A stretch of DNA of 64,000 bases from contig DRKS01000053.1 in NCBI GenBank assembly GCA_011051655.1, forward strand, positions 11,790 to 75,789, read 5' to 3'. Below, piece by piece: positions 49,000 to 57,978 of this stretch. This DNA comes from Sedimenticola sp. (GTDB taxonomy: Bacteria > Pseudomonadota > Gammaproteobacteria > Chromatiales > Chromatiaceae). The notes under the pieces are model-generated. The model saw only the letters and a list, made by a program, of their open reading frames with translations, did not search any database and was not told the DNA's origin. Both the position numbers and the translations under genes were made by a program. Positions within the stretch are counted from its first letter, which is position 1, and the number at the start of each line of letters is the position of its first letter.

Positions 49000-50987
49000 G
49001 ATGCCGGCGCCGGGTTGGTGGAGGCCTGTTCTTTCTTCTGCATGGTGGATTGGATAAGCTGTTCCAGCTCCCGGGCCTTTGCCGCGTGAAGCCGGTTTAC
49101 ATCCGCCTCTCGGGCCCGGCGCAGTTGCTCTGCCGCCTCGTCATATTTGCCCATTTTCAGCAGCAGCCGGATGAGCCTGTCCTGATAATACCAGCGTTGG
49201 GGCCAGGCCTCGACCGCCTTGCGGCCGTGTTCCAGGGCCGCCCCGAGGTCGTTCAGCACCTTGTGATAATAGAGGCGCAGGGCCGCATGGATGCCGGCGC
49301 GGGCATAGGCATCCAGGGTTGGATTGTGCAGCACCGCATCGAAGATGCCCAGTATTTCCTTGGGCGGCAGCTCCGGCCCGTCGGTCAGGTGCCATCGGAC
49401 CAGGTAGGAAAACTGGCTGGTGGTGATGTTCTGAGGGTCGTAGGGGGCCTGTTCCAGCCGGCGCTTGAGCTCGTCCAGCCAGCTTTGCTCCACCGGTTTG
49501 CCGGCGTGAAGATTGAGCACGATCAGGCCGAACAGGCCGTCCGCATTATTGCTGTTCAATTCCACCGTGCGTTCCAGGTAGTGGCGCGCCAGCCGGTAGA
49601 CCTGTTCCGGGTCCTTGCTGGAGTTGATCAGGCTGACCAGCAGCTGGCCGGCCCGGAAGTTGGCGCGGGGGGAGTCCGGATGATGTTCCGCCTCGGTCAG
49701 CGCCATGGCCGCCTCGTTTGACCAGTCCTGGGCCCGCAGGGCCGTCTTCAGTCCGCCGACCGCCATGAACACGAGGCCGGCCAGGGCGGCGCCAATCACT
49801 TGCGGGCGCTTCTGAAATACGCAGGTCATGGTGTAGGCGAGCATGAAAAACAGCCCGAAATCGGGCAAATAATTCCGGTGCTCATAGACCGGCTCCAGGG
49901 CGATGACGCTGGATTCGATGCTGTGGCCGGTGAGGAAGAACAGGATGCCGAAGGCCAGCACCGGCGCCCTTTTCAGGCCCCAGGCCACCGCGAGGAGAAG
50001 GGCTATGAGTCCGGCGATGGCCGCCACCGTGGTGGGCGGATCCAGCAGGCCGCGGGAGATGGGGAAGTCGTCGTGATAGAACCCCAGCGCCGCATTGTCC
50101 GGCATCAGGATCATGCGCAGGTAGAACCAGAGCGCCCGCGCCTCGGTCATGAGGCGCTCGGAGAGATTGAAGGGCCGTTTCGCATAACCGCCCATCAGCC
50201 ATTCGGGATTCAGCAGAAGGAAAACGACGGCGGCGACGGCCGGTATGACCACCCCCAACAGAAAATAGAGCTGCAGCAGGCACCGTGCCGGCGCGGTGGC
50301 GGTCTTGAAGCGGAACAGGGTGATCTCCATCACGAACAGGAACCCCGGCAGCAGCGCTCCGTTCTCCTTGCACAGGAAGGCCAGCACGCCGAAGGCGGGG
50401 ACGGCCAGCAGGAGGGCCGCCAGGCCGCCCGTTCCCTCCAGCAGCCGCATCCGCGCGCGCACATAGGTGATCATGCCCAGAATCACGAACAGGGCGGACA
50501 GGCTGGTCATGCGCTGGACCACATAGAGCACCGGGCTCAGGTTGAGGGGATGAAGCAGCCAGATGCCCGCCGTCAGCAGCGCCCAGCCGTTGATGTGGCG
50601 CTCCGGCAGCGGGACTCCCCGGATGCGGCCATGCAGCCCCGCCATCATGCGGGTGAGCTGGAACAGGCCCATGCCGCAGAGCAGGTGGATGAGCAGGTTC
50701 GTGGCCTTGAACCAGAAGGGATCGAAGCCCGAGAATACATGGTTGAGGCCGAACGTCAGCATGCTCAGGGGGCGGCTTTCGGGAAAGCCGAAGGGCGACG
50801 AGTTCCAGGCCTGGAGCAGCTGATCCGGCGCAAGCCCGGTAATGGCGACCAGCTTGTTCTTGGAGACATGGACGATGTCGTCGAACATAAAGGCGCCGCT
50901 CAGGCCCGGATAATAGGCGGCGGCCGTGATCGCCAGCAGGGCGGTCAGCGCAAGAATGCTCTTGCGGGAGGAGAGTGTGAATTCCAA
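48996..50987 (-). CDS. GT-C-type polytopic glycosyltransferase with C-terminal TPR domain (PMT/TMTC-like)
   Basis: N-terminal FMFDD motif after TM1 and about 10 further TM helices. The C-terminal ~220 aa are TPR-like. 4-nt overlap with the GT2 gene. Confidence 0.8.
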   Translation of the reverse strand: MEFTLSSRKSILALTALLAITAAAYYPGLSGAFMFDDIVHVSKNKLVAITGLAPDQLLQAWNSSPFGFPESRPLSMLTFGLNHVFSGFDPFWFKATNLLIHLLCGMGLFQLTRMMAGLHGRIRGVPLPERHINGWALLTAGIWLLHPLNLSPVLYVVQRMTSLSALFVILGMITYVRARMRLLEGTGGLAALLLAVPAFGVLAFLCKENGALLPGFLFVMEITLFRFKTATAPARCLLQLYFLLGVVIPAVAAVVFLLLNPEWLMGGYAKRPFNLSERLMTEARALWFYLRMILMPDNAALGFYHDDFPISRGLLDPPTTVAAIAGLIALLLAVAWGLKRAPVLAFGILFFLTGHSIESSVIALEPVYEHRNYLPDFGLFFMLAYTMTCVFQKRPQVIGAALAGLVFMAVGGLKTALRAQDWSNEAAMALTEAEHHPDSPRANFRAGQLLVSLINSSKDPEQVYRLARHYLERTVELNSNNADGLFGLIVLNLHAGKPVEQSWLDELKRRLEQAPYDPQNITTSQFSYLVRWHLTDGPELPPKEILGIFDAVLHNPTLDAYARAGIHAALRLYYHKVLNDLGAALEHGRKAVEAWPQRWYYQDRLIRLLLKMGKYDEAAEQLRRAREADVNRLHAAKARELEQLIQSTMQKKEQASTNPAPAS

Positions 50988-51121
50988 GAGATCAGCGTCT
51001 TGTCAGGGATGGGGCCATGTTTCAGTCTGGCGTTGTTTGTCCTTTTCCCGGGGTGTTCCGGTACCGCGGCCGCGCTTTCGCGGCCTGGCGTGAAAATCCG
51101 CCTCCGGCGGGTCGATTGTGT

Positions 51122-51390
51122 TAGGGCCTGTTAACACTAATCCAATAGGCTCTGTTGCGCCTGAAAAAGCGCCAATCAAGGCGCGAGGAGCGCAGTTTGG
51201 TAATTCCAAATAAGTGACGAGCAACGCCGAGTGGCGCTTTTTCAGGCGCAACCCACAGGGCTGGGGCTATTTTTCCACCCAGCTGCGTTATCATTCGCTC
51301 ATGTAGAGTCACTAAACTTCGCTCATTCTGCCTTGCTGGGTGAAAAAATAGTCCCAGCAGGGCCTATTGGATTAGTGTTAACAGGCCCTA
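51122..51390. mobile_element. MITE-like element (~269 bp) with 29-bp perfect terminal inverted repeats and two internal long hairpins
   Basis: TAGGGCCTGTTAACACTAATCCAATAGGC at 51122..51150 has its exact reverse complement at 51362..51390. Inner stem 1 is perfect: GTTGCGCCTGAAAAAGCGCC (51154..51173) pairs with GGCGCTTTTTCAGGCGCAAC (51232..51251). Inner stem 2 is imperfect: about 51261..51283 with 51335..51357. Confidence 0.75.
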
Positions 51391-51462
51391 GATTCTATCG
51401 GAATTTCAATCGTAAACTTTAATTGGGCCTCAGGTTACGGCCTTGGGAAAACCGGGATCCCC

Positions 51463-52734
51463 ATGACCAAGTTGAAACTGCATTGGCAAATCCTGATCGC
51501 CCTGGTATTGGCGGTCATCGCCGGCACCTTGACGGGTACAGAGGGCGCATTGTTCGGCCTGCGTTTCTACGATGTCTACGCCTTCGTGGGGCAGTTGTTT
51601 CTCAATGCCCTGAAGATGCTGATCGTGCCGCTGATCCTCTCTTCCATCATCGTGGGCATCGGCGGCATCGGTTCCGGCGGCGCCCTGGGCAGGCTGGGGG
51701 GCAGGACCCTGCTCTATTATGCGGCCACCAGCCTTATCGCCATCCTCATCGGCCTGGTGGTGGTGAACGCGGTGGCGCCCGGGGTGGTGGACGGGCAGCC
51801 GGCCAGGGAGGTCATCGGCCTGTCGGAGGAGGCGGCCGGCGCGGTCGCCGCCAGGGTGGAGGGCAGGAGCGCCGGCGACCTGGTGGACATTTTTCTGCGC
51901 ATGGTGCCCACCAATATCGTCGCCGCCGCGGCCGAGGGGCAGATGCTGGGGCTGATCACCTTCGGCCTGCTGTTCGGCTTCTTCATGACCCGCATCGAGG
52001 AGGCCTATGCCGAGGCCATGTACAACTTCTGGCAGGGGGTCTTCAGCGTCATGATGAGGATCACCGAATGGGTGATGCGGTTCGCGCCCATCGGCGTGTT
52101 CGGCCTGGTGGCCAAGGTGGTGGCCGGCACCGGCCTGGCCGCCTTCGTGCCCCTGCTGTGGTTCTTTCTCAGCGTGCTGGCGGCCCTGGCGCTGCATTTC
52201 GGCCTGGTCATGCCGCTGCTGCTGAAGGGCGTCGGGCGGGTCAGCCCCCTGCGCCATTACCGGGCCATGGCCCCGGCCCTGCTGACGGCCTTCTCCACCA
52301 GCTCCTCTTCCGCCACCCTGCCCCTGACCATGGAGTGCGTGGAAAAGAACGCCGGCGTCTCCAACCGCACCAGCAGCTTCGTGCTGCCCCTGGGGGCCAC
52401 GGTGAACATGGACGGCACCGCCCTGTATGAATGCGTGGCGGCCATGTTCATCGCCCAGGCCTATGGCATCGAGCTGGGCTTCGGCGCCCAGTTCACCATC
52501 GTGCTGACGGCGCTGCTGACCTCCATCGGCGTGGCCGGGATTCCGGCCGCCAGCCTGGTGGCCATCTCCATCATACTGGCCGCCATCGGCCTGCCGGCCG
52601 AGGCCATCGGCCTGATCCTGGCGGTGGACCGGGTGCTGGACATGTGCCGCACCGCTGTAAACGTATTCAGCGACTCCTGCGGGGCCGTGATTATCGCCCG
52701 GCTCAGTGGCGAGAAGGATATTCTCCGGAAATGA
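51463..52734 (+). CDS. Dicarboxylate/amino acid:cation symporter (DAACS family)
   Basis: FLNALKMLIVPLI, SSSATLP and NMDGTALYE motifs; 423 aa. Confidence 0.92.
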   Translation: MTKLKLHWQILIALVLAVIAGTLTGTEGALFGLRFYDVYAFVGQLFLNALKMLIVPLILSSIIVGIGGIGSGGALGRLGGRTLLYYAATSLIAILIGLVVVNAVAPGVVDGQPAREVIGLSEEAAGAVAARVEGRSAGDLVDIFLRMVPTNIVAAAAEGQMLGLITFGLLFGFFMTRIEEAYAEAMYNFWQGVFSVMMRITEWVMRFAPIGVFGLVAKVVAGTGLAAFVPLLWFFLSVLAALALHFGLVMPLLLKGVGRVSPLRHYRAMAPALLTAFSTSSSSATLPLTMECVEKNAGVSNRTSSFVLPLGATVNMDGTALYECVAAMFIAQAYGIELGFGAQFTIVLTALLTSIGVAGIPAASLVAISIILAAIGLPAEAIGLILAVDRVLDMCRTAVNVFSDSCGAVIIARLSGEKDILRK

Positions 52735-52783
52735 CGGTCATCCGGCCGTGGCGCCAAAGGGTTGGCATGCCGTACAGCCCTTT

Positions 52784-53551
52784 ATGCTATTTTTAATGAT
52801 TATGCTCAAGAATCTGAACATCTTTGGCTCGGCGGAGCCCTCCAGGCCCAGGAGGCGCTCCAGGTTTCATGTCGTCAACAAGTCGGCCATAACCGCGCTG
52901 TTGACCCAGGCTCACAAGCATAAGCTCTTTTTTACCGTAAGCTTCGAAAATCACAAGGGTCTGTACAATACGGCCCTGCTGGGGGTCTATGCCGAGCAGG
53001 GCTTTGTGGCCTTCGATGAACTGACCCCCTCGAAAGGCCATAAGCTGTTTCTGGAAGAGAAAGAGGCCCGGGTCACGGGACGGCTGGAGGGGGTGGAGTT
53101 GCGCTTCTCCGCCCGCCTGCTGGAGGCCGGCAGCAAGGCGGGGGTGGCCTTCTACAAGGTGGCCCTCCCCGAAGAGCTCGTGTACAAGCAGAAGCGGGAG
53201 TACTTCCGGGTGACCCTGCTGGGCAGCCCCGTTTCGTTTCAGGGTCGCCTGGGAGAAGATGAAGGTATCCTGTTGCAAGGCCACCTGTATGACCTGTCCC
53301 TGGGCGGGGCCAAGGTGGTTCTGGAGCAAACGGCGCCCCTGTCCGCCGGTGATATTCTTTCCGCCTGCACGATTCGTCTGCCCGATGGTGTTGATATTCC
53401 TTTTTCGTTACGGGTCTGTTACGCCGGTGCCGACAAGTCCGGCGGGGGCACGGTCCTCGGTGGACAGTTCCGGGATCTGCAAAAATCCGACGAGAACAGG
53501 ATCGCAAGGTTCATCAGTGACGTGCAGCGGGAGAAGGCCAAGAAGTCCTGA
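52784..53551 (+). CDS. PilZ-domain c-di-GMP receptor (YcgR-like two-domain architecture)
   Basis: C-terminal PilZ motifs QKREYFRV (RxxxR-type) and DLSLGGAKV (DxSxxG). The start is uncertain: 52784, 52796 or 52802. Confidence 0.8.
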   Translation: MLFLMIMLKNLNIFGSAEPSRPRRRSRFHVVNKSAITALLTQAHKHKLFFTVSFENHKGLYNTALLGVYAEQGFVAFDELTPSKGHKLFLEEKEARVTGRLEGVELRFSARLLEAGSKAGVAFYKVALPEELVYKQKREYFRVTLLGSPVSFQGRLGEDEGILLQGHLYDLSLGGAKVVLEQTAPLSAGDILSACTIRLPDGVDIPFSLRVCYAGADKSGGGTVLGGQFRDLQKSDENRIARFISDVQREKAKKS

Positions 53552-53591
53552 GGGTTTCAGGGGCCGGGCCGGGGGGAGCACGGGGCAGGGG

Positions 53592-54107
53592 CTATTCCAT
53601 CAGCTGGGATACGCCGCGGGCGGTCCAGGCCGCGTCGCCCAGGGGGGGGCGCCCAAAGTCTTTCCATAGCTGGGCTATCTGCTCCACGGAGATGGCGTTG
53701 GCCTGGAATTCATAGGCTTCACGCCGCAGGGCGGCAATGTAGCTGTCTTTTCCGGCGAGGTCCGTTAGTTGCACCATGGTGAGCATGGCCCCGTGCTCTC
53801 TCGCCAATATATCCAATGTCTCTTCAAAGCCGTGGATGGCCAGCAGCTCGCGGGCGGCGGTTGCGAGCCTGTCCTTATCCACCGGGGTGTCCTCTTCCGG
53901 CTCCGGCTCGTTCAGGGTCGTTTTTATCCGAATCCGGTCCGGTTTCGAATGATGCTGCTCCAGCTCGAGGGGACGTCGCCGGAATTCCACCACCGCCTCG
54001 ATGGTGAAATCGCTGGCGAGGTTGGGGAATTGTTTGTTGAGCCTGTCCAGCAGGTCCGCGCCCTCGGTGAGGGCCGCCAGGAATTCGGGTGTGATTTTGG
54101 GGTTCAT
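53592..54107 (-). CDS. Hypothetical cytoplasmic protein
   Basis: About 171 aa, acidic, no motif recognised. The ORF is clean and its codon usage resembles the neighbours. Confidence 0.5.
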   Translation of the reverse strand: MNPKITPEFLAALTEGADLLDRLNKQFPNLASDFTIEAVVEFRRRPLELEQHHSKPDRIRIKTTLNEPEPEEDTPVDKDRLATAARELLAIHGFEETLDILAREHGAMLTMVQLTDLAGKDSYIAALRREAYEFQANAISVEQIAQLWKDFGRPPLGDAAWTARGVSQLME

Positions 54108-54392
54108 GGCTGGATGACGGAATAAAAAGAGCCGGTACAACCTGAATTCGGCATAGGAAGCGGAATCTTTAGGGATCTGTAACTTGGGTTTGCGGCCGGG
54201 TCGGGGCGTCCCGGCGGCGGATGGGACCGGCGCTAAATATCCGGCTCCGCCGACCGCTATGGAGGGGGTTACTCCGGTTTGGTGGTCGTGTTGGCGGAAT
54301 CCAAGGATTCAGCGGCCAAAACCGGGCCTGTTTTCTTATCGCTGCTGTTTGACGGGATGCGCTCTGGCAGTATGAATTGGAGCCATGATCCT

Positions 54393-56981
54393 ATGCAGAA
54401 GATTCTTGTCATTGGCGGCGGCAAAGGCGGCAAGGCCCTGATCGAGCTGTTTCAGTCTTATGACGATGTCAGGGTTGTCGCCGTGGTGGATACGAGGGAA
54501 GACGCCCCGGGAATGCTGCTGGCCAGGCAATTGGATATTCCCACCGCCCGGTCATACGCCCGGATCCTGAAAGACAACGAGCCGGATATCATTGTCAATG
54601 TAACGGGTGATGCGGCCGTTTCAAAGGCCGTGAAACAACTGGTTTCCGATGATGTGGAGATCCTGGAAGGCTTCAGCGCAAGGCTGTTGTGGGGGCTCAC
54701 CGAACGGGAACGGCAGATAAGGGCCCATGCGGAGGAGGCCAAGTCACGGATCGAAAAGTCCCACCTGGCCGCCATCAATATCATCAAGACCTCCCATCTG
54801 AAGGATGCGATAAAGATGACGCTGAGCGAGGCGATGAATCTGACTTCGTCCCCGGCCGGCAGCATTGCCCTCTATGATCACGACAGCCGGGAGATGCAGC
54901 TCTTCGTCTCCAAGGGATTTTCACAGAAATTCCGCAAGGCCGACAAATGGCGGCTCAGGCCGGGAGGGATAACGGAATATATTATCCGGTCGGATGAGCC
55001 TGTCGCCATCGAGGATATCGACGAACATCCGAGTTTTAACAATCCGGTTCTTAAACAGGAAGGGGTCAGGTCGCTGGTGGCGGCGCCTCTTCTTTCGAAC
55101 GGCCGTATTATCGGCATTCTCTATGTGGACGATTTCAAGGCCAGGGCCTACTCCGGGGAATTGCTTGGCTTGCTGGGGATCCTTGCCCGGGAGTCGGCCT
55201 GCCTGCTGGAGAAGTTCAGATTGCTCGAGGAACTCAAGACCAAGAATGCCGAGTTGAAAAAATTCAGCGACCAGCTGGAAAGAATGGTGGCCGATCAGAC
55301 GGCGGAGCTGAAAAAGCTTTCGACCACCATCGAACACAGCCTGAACATCATTATCATTATGGATGGCGAAGGCCGCATAGAGTATGTGAACCCCATGTTT
55401 GAAACGGTCTCCGGCTATACGATAGAGGAGGTGCGGGGCCTTACCCTGAGCATCATCTCCCCGGAGTTCACGCTGACCGGCGCCTACAAGAAAATGCTGC
55501 GGGAAATACAAAAGGGAAACACCTGGCGCGGGGAAACCAAGAACAGAAACAAGAGCGGGGGGGATTACTGGACCAATACGGTGGTTTCGCCGATAAAAAA
55601 CGAGGCGGGCGAAATCACGCACTATTTTTCCGTACAGGAAGACATCACGGAGAAAAAGAAAGCGGCGAAGCAGGCCCAATACCTTTCGACCCATGATGAA
55701 ACCACGGGCCTTTTCAACCGGCCCCAGTTCATGGAGCTGGTGAATCTGTGGCTGGCGAATGCGGTCAACAACGATGAAGCCGGCGCCTTGATGATTATCG
55801 ACATGGATGACTTCATGCTGATCAACGACACCTATGGCCACAACGCCGGTGACGAATTCATCCAGCAGGTGGCCAGGGCGATCGAAGAAAGCCTGCGTAA
55901 ACTCGATGCATTGCGCAATGATGCATGCTGCCGCTGCAGCGCCATTGCCCGTCTCTCGGCGGATGAATTCGCCATTATCACGCCGGCGGGGGGCGGGGAA
56001 GAGGCGCTTGAAATCGCCGAAGCCATCAGGGCGGCCATTACTGAATGCCGCATCCCCGGCCACCCTTGTGATATTACCGAAACCGCCAGTATCGGCATTG
56101 CGCTCTATCCGGAGCATGGAGTCATCACCACCGAGCTGCTGACCAAGGCGGATACGGCGCTGTATCGCGCCAAGGAGCTGGGCAAGGACAGGAGCTATGT
56201 CTTTTCCCCCGAGAACGGTGACGAGAAGGTCTTCCACTCGAGACGGCTGTGGAAGGAGCGTATCGTGAGGGCGCTCGAAGAGGACCGCTTTGAACCCTGG
56301 TTCCAGCCGATGCTCAATCTGAAAACCAATGAGATCGACCATTACGAGGCCCTGGCGAGGATGCGGGACGAGGACGGCGGCATCATCTCACCGGGCGCAT
56401 TCATCGAGGCGGCGGAGCGGTATAAGCTTATTGATCTGATCGACAGGGACATAAGTCAGAAGGTCATGCGTTTCCAGGCGGAGCTGCAACGCTCGGGAAG
56501 GCATGAGCATTTCAGCATGAATCTTTCGGGGAAGAATATCGGCAACGAGAAGCTGCTTTCCGCCTTGATAGAGAGCATCGAGAAATCGGGCGCCGACCCC
56601 CGTTACCTGACCTTCGAGCTGACGGAAACGGCCGCCGTGAAGGACCTGGACAAGGCCAGCAGGTTCATCGGTCCGCTCAAAAACCTGGGATGCAAGATAT
56701 CGCTCGATGACTTCGGCGTCGGCTTCACATCCTTTCTGTATCTGAGCGAGCTGCAGGTGGACATTATCAAAATCGACGGCTATTTCATCAAAAAGCTGGC
56801 GGAGTCTCCCCGCGACCGGCTTTTTGTCAAGGCCATCACCGATGTGGCCAAGGGTATGGGGATCGTTACCGTCGCCGAATTCGTCAATGGCGGCGAGACC
56901 CTCGAAATGCTCAGGGAGTTGGGGGTCGACTACGCCCAGGGCTTCATGATCGGAAAGCCCTCGCCGGATCTTTCCGGTTAG
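54393..56981 (+). CDS. Multidomain c-di-GMP signalling protein: Rossmann-like N-domain, GAF, PAS, degenerate GGDEF (SADEF), EAL
   Basis: MQKILVIGGGKGGKAL (GxGxxG). GAF domain (SPAGSIALYD...ILYVDDF). PAS domain (IIIMDGEGRIEYVNPMFETVSGY). GGDEF-domain core with RLSADEFAII. EAL motifs are YEALARM, DDFGVGFTS and KIDGYF. The start could also be 54372. Confidence 0.9.
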   Translation: MQKILVIGGGKGGKALIELFQSYDDVRVVAVVDTREDAPGMLLARQLDIPTARSYARILKDNEPDIIVNVTGDAAVSKAVKQLVSDDVEILEGFSARLLWGLTERERQIRAHAEEAKSRIEKSHLAAINIIKTSHLKDAIKMTLSEAMNLTSSPAGSIALYDHDSREMQLFVSKGFSQKFRKADKWRLRPGGITEYIIRSDEPVAIEDIDEHPSFNNPVLKQEGVRSLVAAPLLSNGRIIGILYVDDFKARAYSGELLGLLGILARESACLLEKFRLLEELKTKNAELKKFSDQLERMVADQTAELKKLSTTIEHSLNIIIIMDGEGRIEYVNPMFETVSGYTIEEVRGLTLSIISPEFTLTGAYKKMLREIQKGNTWRGETKNRNKSGGDYWTNTVVSPIKNEAGEITHYFSVQEDITEKKKAAKQAQYLSTHDETTGLFNRPQFMELVNLWLANAVNNDEAGALMIIDMDDFMLINDTYGHNAGDEFIQQVARAIEESLRKLDALRNDACCRCSAIARLSADEFAIITPAGGGEEALEIAEAIRAAITECRIPGHPCDITETASIGIALYPEHGVITTELLTKADTALYRAKELGKDRSYVFSPENGDEKVFHSRRLWKERIVRALEEDRFEPWFQPMLNLKTNEIDHYEALARMRDEDGGIISPGAFIEAAERYKLIDLIDRDISQKVMRFQAELQRSGRHEHFSMNLSGKNIGNEKLLSALIESIEKSGADPRYLTFELTETAAVKDLDKASRFIGPLKNLGCKISLDDFGVGFTSFLYLSELQVDIIKIDGYFIKKLAESPRDRLFVKAITDVAKGMGIVTVAEFVNGGETLEMLRELGVDYAQGFMIGKPSPDLSG

Positions 56982-57895
56982 CCCGGTGCGGATTCATCCT
57001 CGCCGCCAAAGGCCTTCATCAGGGCGGGGATGAAGCGCGAGAGCTCCAGGGTCATCAGGGAAAAATCCGCATCGAAACGGCTGGCCTCGTCATCGGCCTC
57101 CATGTCGGCGGCGGCCTCCTGGATCAGGTCGAGAAAGCGCAGGCGTTTGATGGAAAGATCATCGGAGAGGATGCAGCCAAGGTGCTCGCGCCACTGCACC
57201 GCGAGCCTGGTGACCCGCTTGCCGGCCTTCAGGTGGGACTGGATTTCATCGGATGCCAGATCCTGCCTGATGCAGCGTACGACGCCGCCTTCCTCATCGG
57301 GGTCCCGCAGTTCGCACTGGTCTTCCACCAGGAAATCGCCGGGCACGGCCTGCCCCTTCAGCCAGTTGGTCAGCACATCGGACGGGGCGTTTCGCACGGC
57401 GGGGGGAATGGCGGGCAGGCTGCCGAGGGTCTCGCGCAACAGGCTGACCAGTTCCTCCGCCCTGGCGGCGCTGGCGGCGTCCACCACCAGCCAGCCCTTC
57501 CCGGGGTCGATATAGGCATGGGTCAGGCTGGACTTGCTGAAGGCCTTCGGCAACAGATCCAGCAGCACCTCCTGGCGCATCTCTTCTTTCTCCTTGCGGC
57601 GCACGGTGCGGGCCTGCTCCGCTTCGATGGCGGCGATTTTTTCATCCAGCATTTCGCGGACGACGGCGGCGGGCAACACCTTCTCCTCCTTGCGGCCGCA
57701 GACCATGATGCAGCCGTTGGCGGCGTGGGTCAGCAGCTCGCTGTTGCGTCCCAGCGGCGGCGTCCAGCCGTAGGTGAATGGCTCCAGGCTGCCGCACGAG
57801 CGGGAGCTTCTTTCGGTCAGGCGTTCGTGCAGCGCCTCCGGAGAGAGGTTGAAGGGTTTTGTGAGACGGTAGAGGCGCAGGTTTTTGAACCACAT
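56978..57895 (-). CDS. rdgC: Recombination-associated protein RdgC
   Basis: MWFKNLRLYRL N-terminus; 305 aa; typical RdgC length and motifs. Confidence 0.9.
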   Translation of the reverse strand: MWFKNLRLYRLTKPFNLSPEALHERLTERSSRSCGSLEPFTYGWTPPLGRNSELLTHAANGCIMVCGRKEEKVLPAAVVREMLDEKIAAIEAEQARTVRRKEKEEMRQEVLLDLLPKAFSKSSLTHAYIDPGKGWLVVDAASAARAEELVSLLRETLGSLPAIPPAVRNAPSDVLTNWLKGQAVPGDFLVEDQCELRDPDEEGGVVRCIRQDLASDEIQSHLKAGKRVTRLAVQWREHLGCILSDDLSIKRLRFLDLIQEAAADMEADDEASRFDADFSLMTLELSRFIPALMKAFGGEDESAPG

Positions 57896-57978
57896 CAGCG
57901 GCGGATTCCTCGGTGTAAAAAAAGGGGGGGATTATGGATGAAAGGGCGGCCGTTGTCAGGGCATGTGGCAATCCGGGC

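Noticed and set aside
51121-51422. Two ~63-aa ORFs inside the MITE-like element (51121..51312 on the minus strand and 51231..51422 on the plus strand), considered as a possible small transposase or toxin-antitoxin pair.
   Set aside because: They are mutually overlapping and are generated by the palindromic structure itself. They have no RBS or motifs, and they are too short for a transposase.
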